Positions 47,232 through 48,386 of a DNA stretch of 48,386 nt are shown here, piece after piece (within the stretch, counting starts at the first letter, position 1; every line of letters starts with the position of its first letter). The notes under the pieces are model-generated. The model saw nothing but the letters and a program-made list of their open reading frames with translations, made no database searches and was not told where the DNA came from. Source of the stretch: Octopus bimaculoides. Lineage: Eukaryota. The stretch lies in NCBI RefSeq assembly GCF_001194135.2, contig NC_068993.1, positions 50,841,022 to 50,889,407 on the forward strand, given 5' to 3'. A program made the translations under genes and the position numbers.

Positions 47232-48386
47232 GGAAAGAAAAGTGAATGAGAGAGAAGGAGGAGAAGGAGGAGAAAGAGCGAGGGGGGGAAGAGGGAAAAA
47301 CGTAATGCATTCGAAAACGAAAGTGAAATTAGAAATGGAGAATAACTGTTGAGAAAAACATGAAGTGGTGAAAGGGATCAAACATGAAGGTATCTGATGA
47401 AGCATCTCGAACGAATCAAATGAGCTTATAGGAAGGTGACACTTGAGCAAAAGAAAAATAACAACAACAACAACAGCAGCAGCAGCAGCAGCAGCAGCAA
47501 CAGGACGAAAAGAAAAAATAAACTAAATAAAGATAGAAAAATGGAAGAAACTAAAGAAAAAAAGATGGCTGCCGGGTTACGTACTGACTGGCTATTAAAA
47601 GCAGTCATTAAGACGAGACTCTACAGAAACTTTTCTAGTAATGAAACCATCTGAAATAGAAATAAAACTTGTGAAAAACAGAGAAAAAGGATGGGGAATG
47701 AGGAGGTGGGGAGAGAAAGGAAAAGGTAATTCCCTATTTTATTTCATTAGATTTTACTTGTTTATTGCTGATTTAAAAAAAAATGTCTTTTTCTGAAGCG
47801 CCACCAAAATTTTGTAGCGTGTCTTGGTTTTTGAAAGCAACTTCTATCTCTGAATTAAGAAATGAGACACATTTACGAGAGACACGCGCACACTCACAGA
47901 TGCAAATACACACACACACACACACACACACATATGCACGCACGCACACACTCGCGTACACACATGCGCACATATATAATATATATGTGTATGAATGTAT
48001 ATGAGAAATAACAAATGAAAATATAACGAACGAGAGAGAAGATACAGAGATGAGGAAAGAGAGAGAGAGACGCAGAGTGATAGAAGAGAAAAGGAGGGGT
48101 GTTTCATTCGTTAGTAACAGGTAACCAGTTTTTATTCTATTGACAAATATGGTTTCTTGGAGTGTCTTGGAATTGGAAATTGCGATAGAAAAGAAGGTAA
48201 TAGCAGAAATCAAGAAGACAGGATTGCAAAATAACAACAAAAAAAACTTTACTTATACATAAATACATACATACACTCATACATACATGCGCATATATGC
48301 ATATATATGCATATAGTCATACATACATGCATACACACATATATGCATATATATGCATATAACCATACATACATATATGTATATAT

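Noticed and set aside
47394-47425. Plus-strand CTGATGA-A-GCATCTC-GAACG hammerhead-like motif
   Set aside because: It lacks A15.1 (GAAC rather than GAAA), and stems I and III cannot be formed.
2067-48240. Most ORFs in the supplied six-frame track
   Set aside because: They are translations of di-, tri- and tetranucleotide repeats or run through N gaps, with no domain-like content.

Overview
Eukaryotic, AT-rich, repeat-dense genomic DNA with 17 N-gaps (about 7 kb), most of them abutting microsatellites. The SINE-like repeats and microsatellite load resemble an octopus (coleoid cephalopod) draft genome; this is inference from pattern recognition, not a database match. No intact protein-coding gene is recognisable, and nearly all ORFs in the supplied track are microsatellite or gap artefacts. 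The window holds several tRNA-derived SINE families, a decayed Penelope-like (PLE) reverse transcriptase (about 440-1600), a Dong/R4-type LINE 3' end inside (TAA)n, a hAT transposase relic, a MITE, a Helitron-type end, minisatellites, palindromes, and a few candidate small exons of an unidentified gene. The standout observation is a structurally complete type I hammerhead ribozyme fold on the minus strand (38904-39058). It has a canonical core, a 39-bp stem I, an extended stem II and a self-complementary stem III. Two more degenerate minus-strand hammerhead-like motifs (31509-31540, 42077-42113) share the same unusual architecture, and one sits in a repeated non-coding element. All coordinates of diverged repeats are approximate and were assigned by eye.
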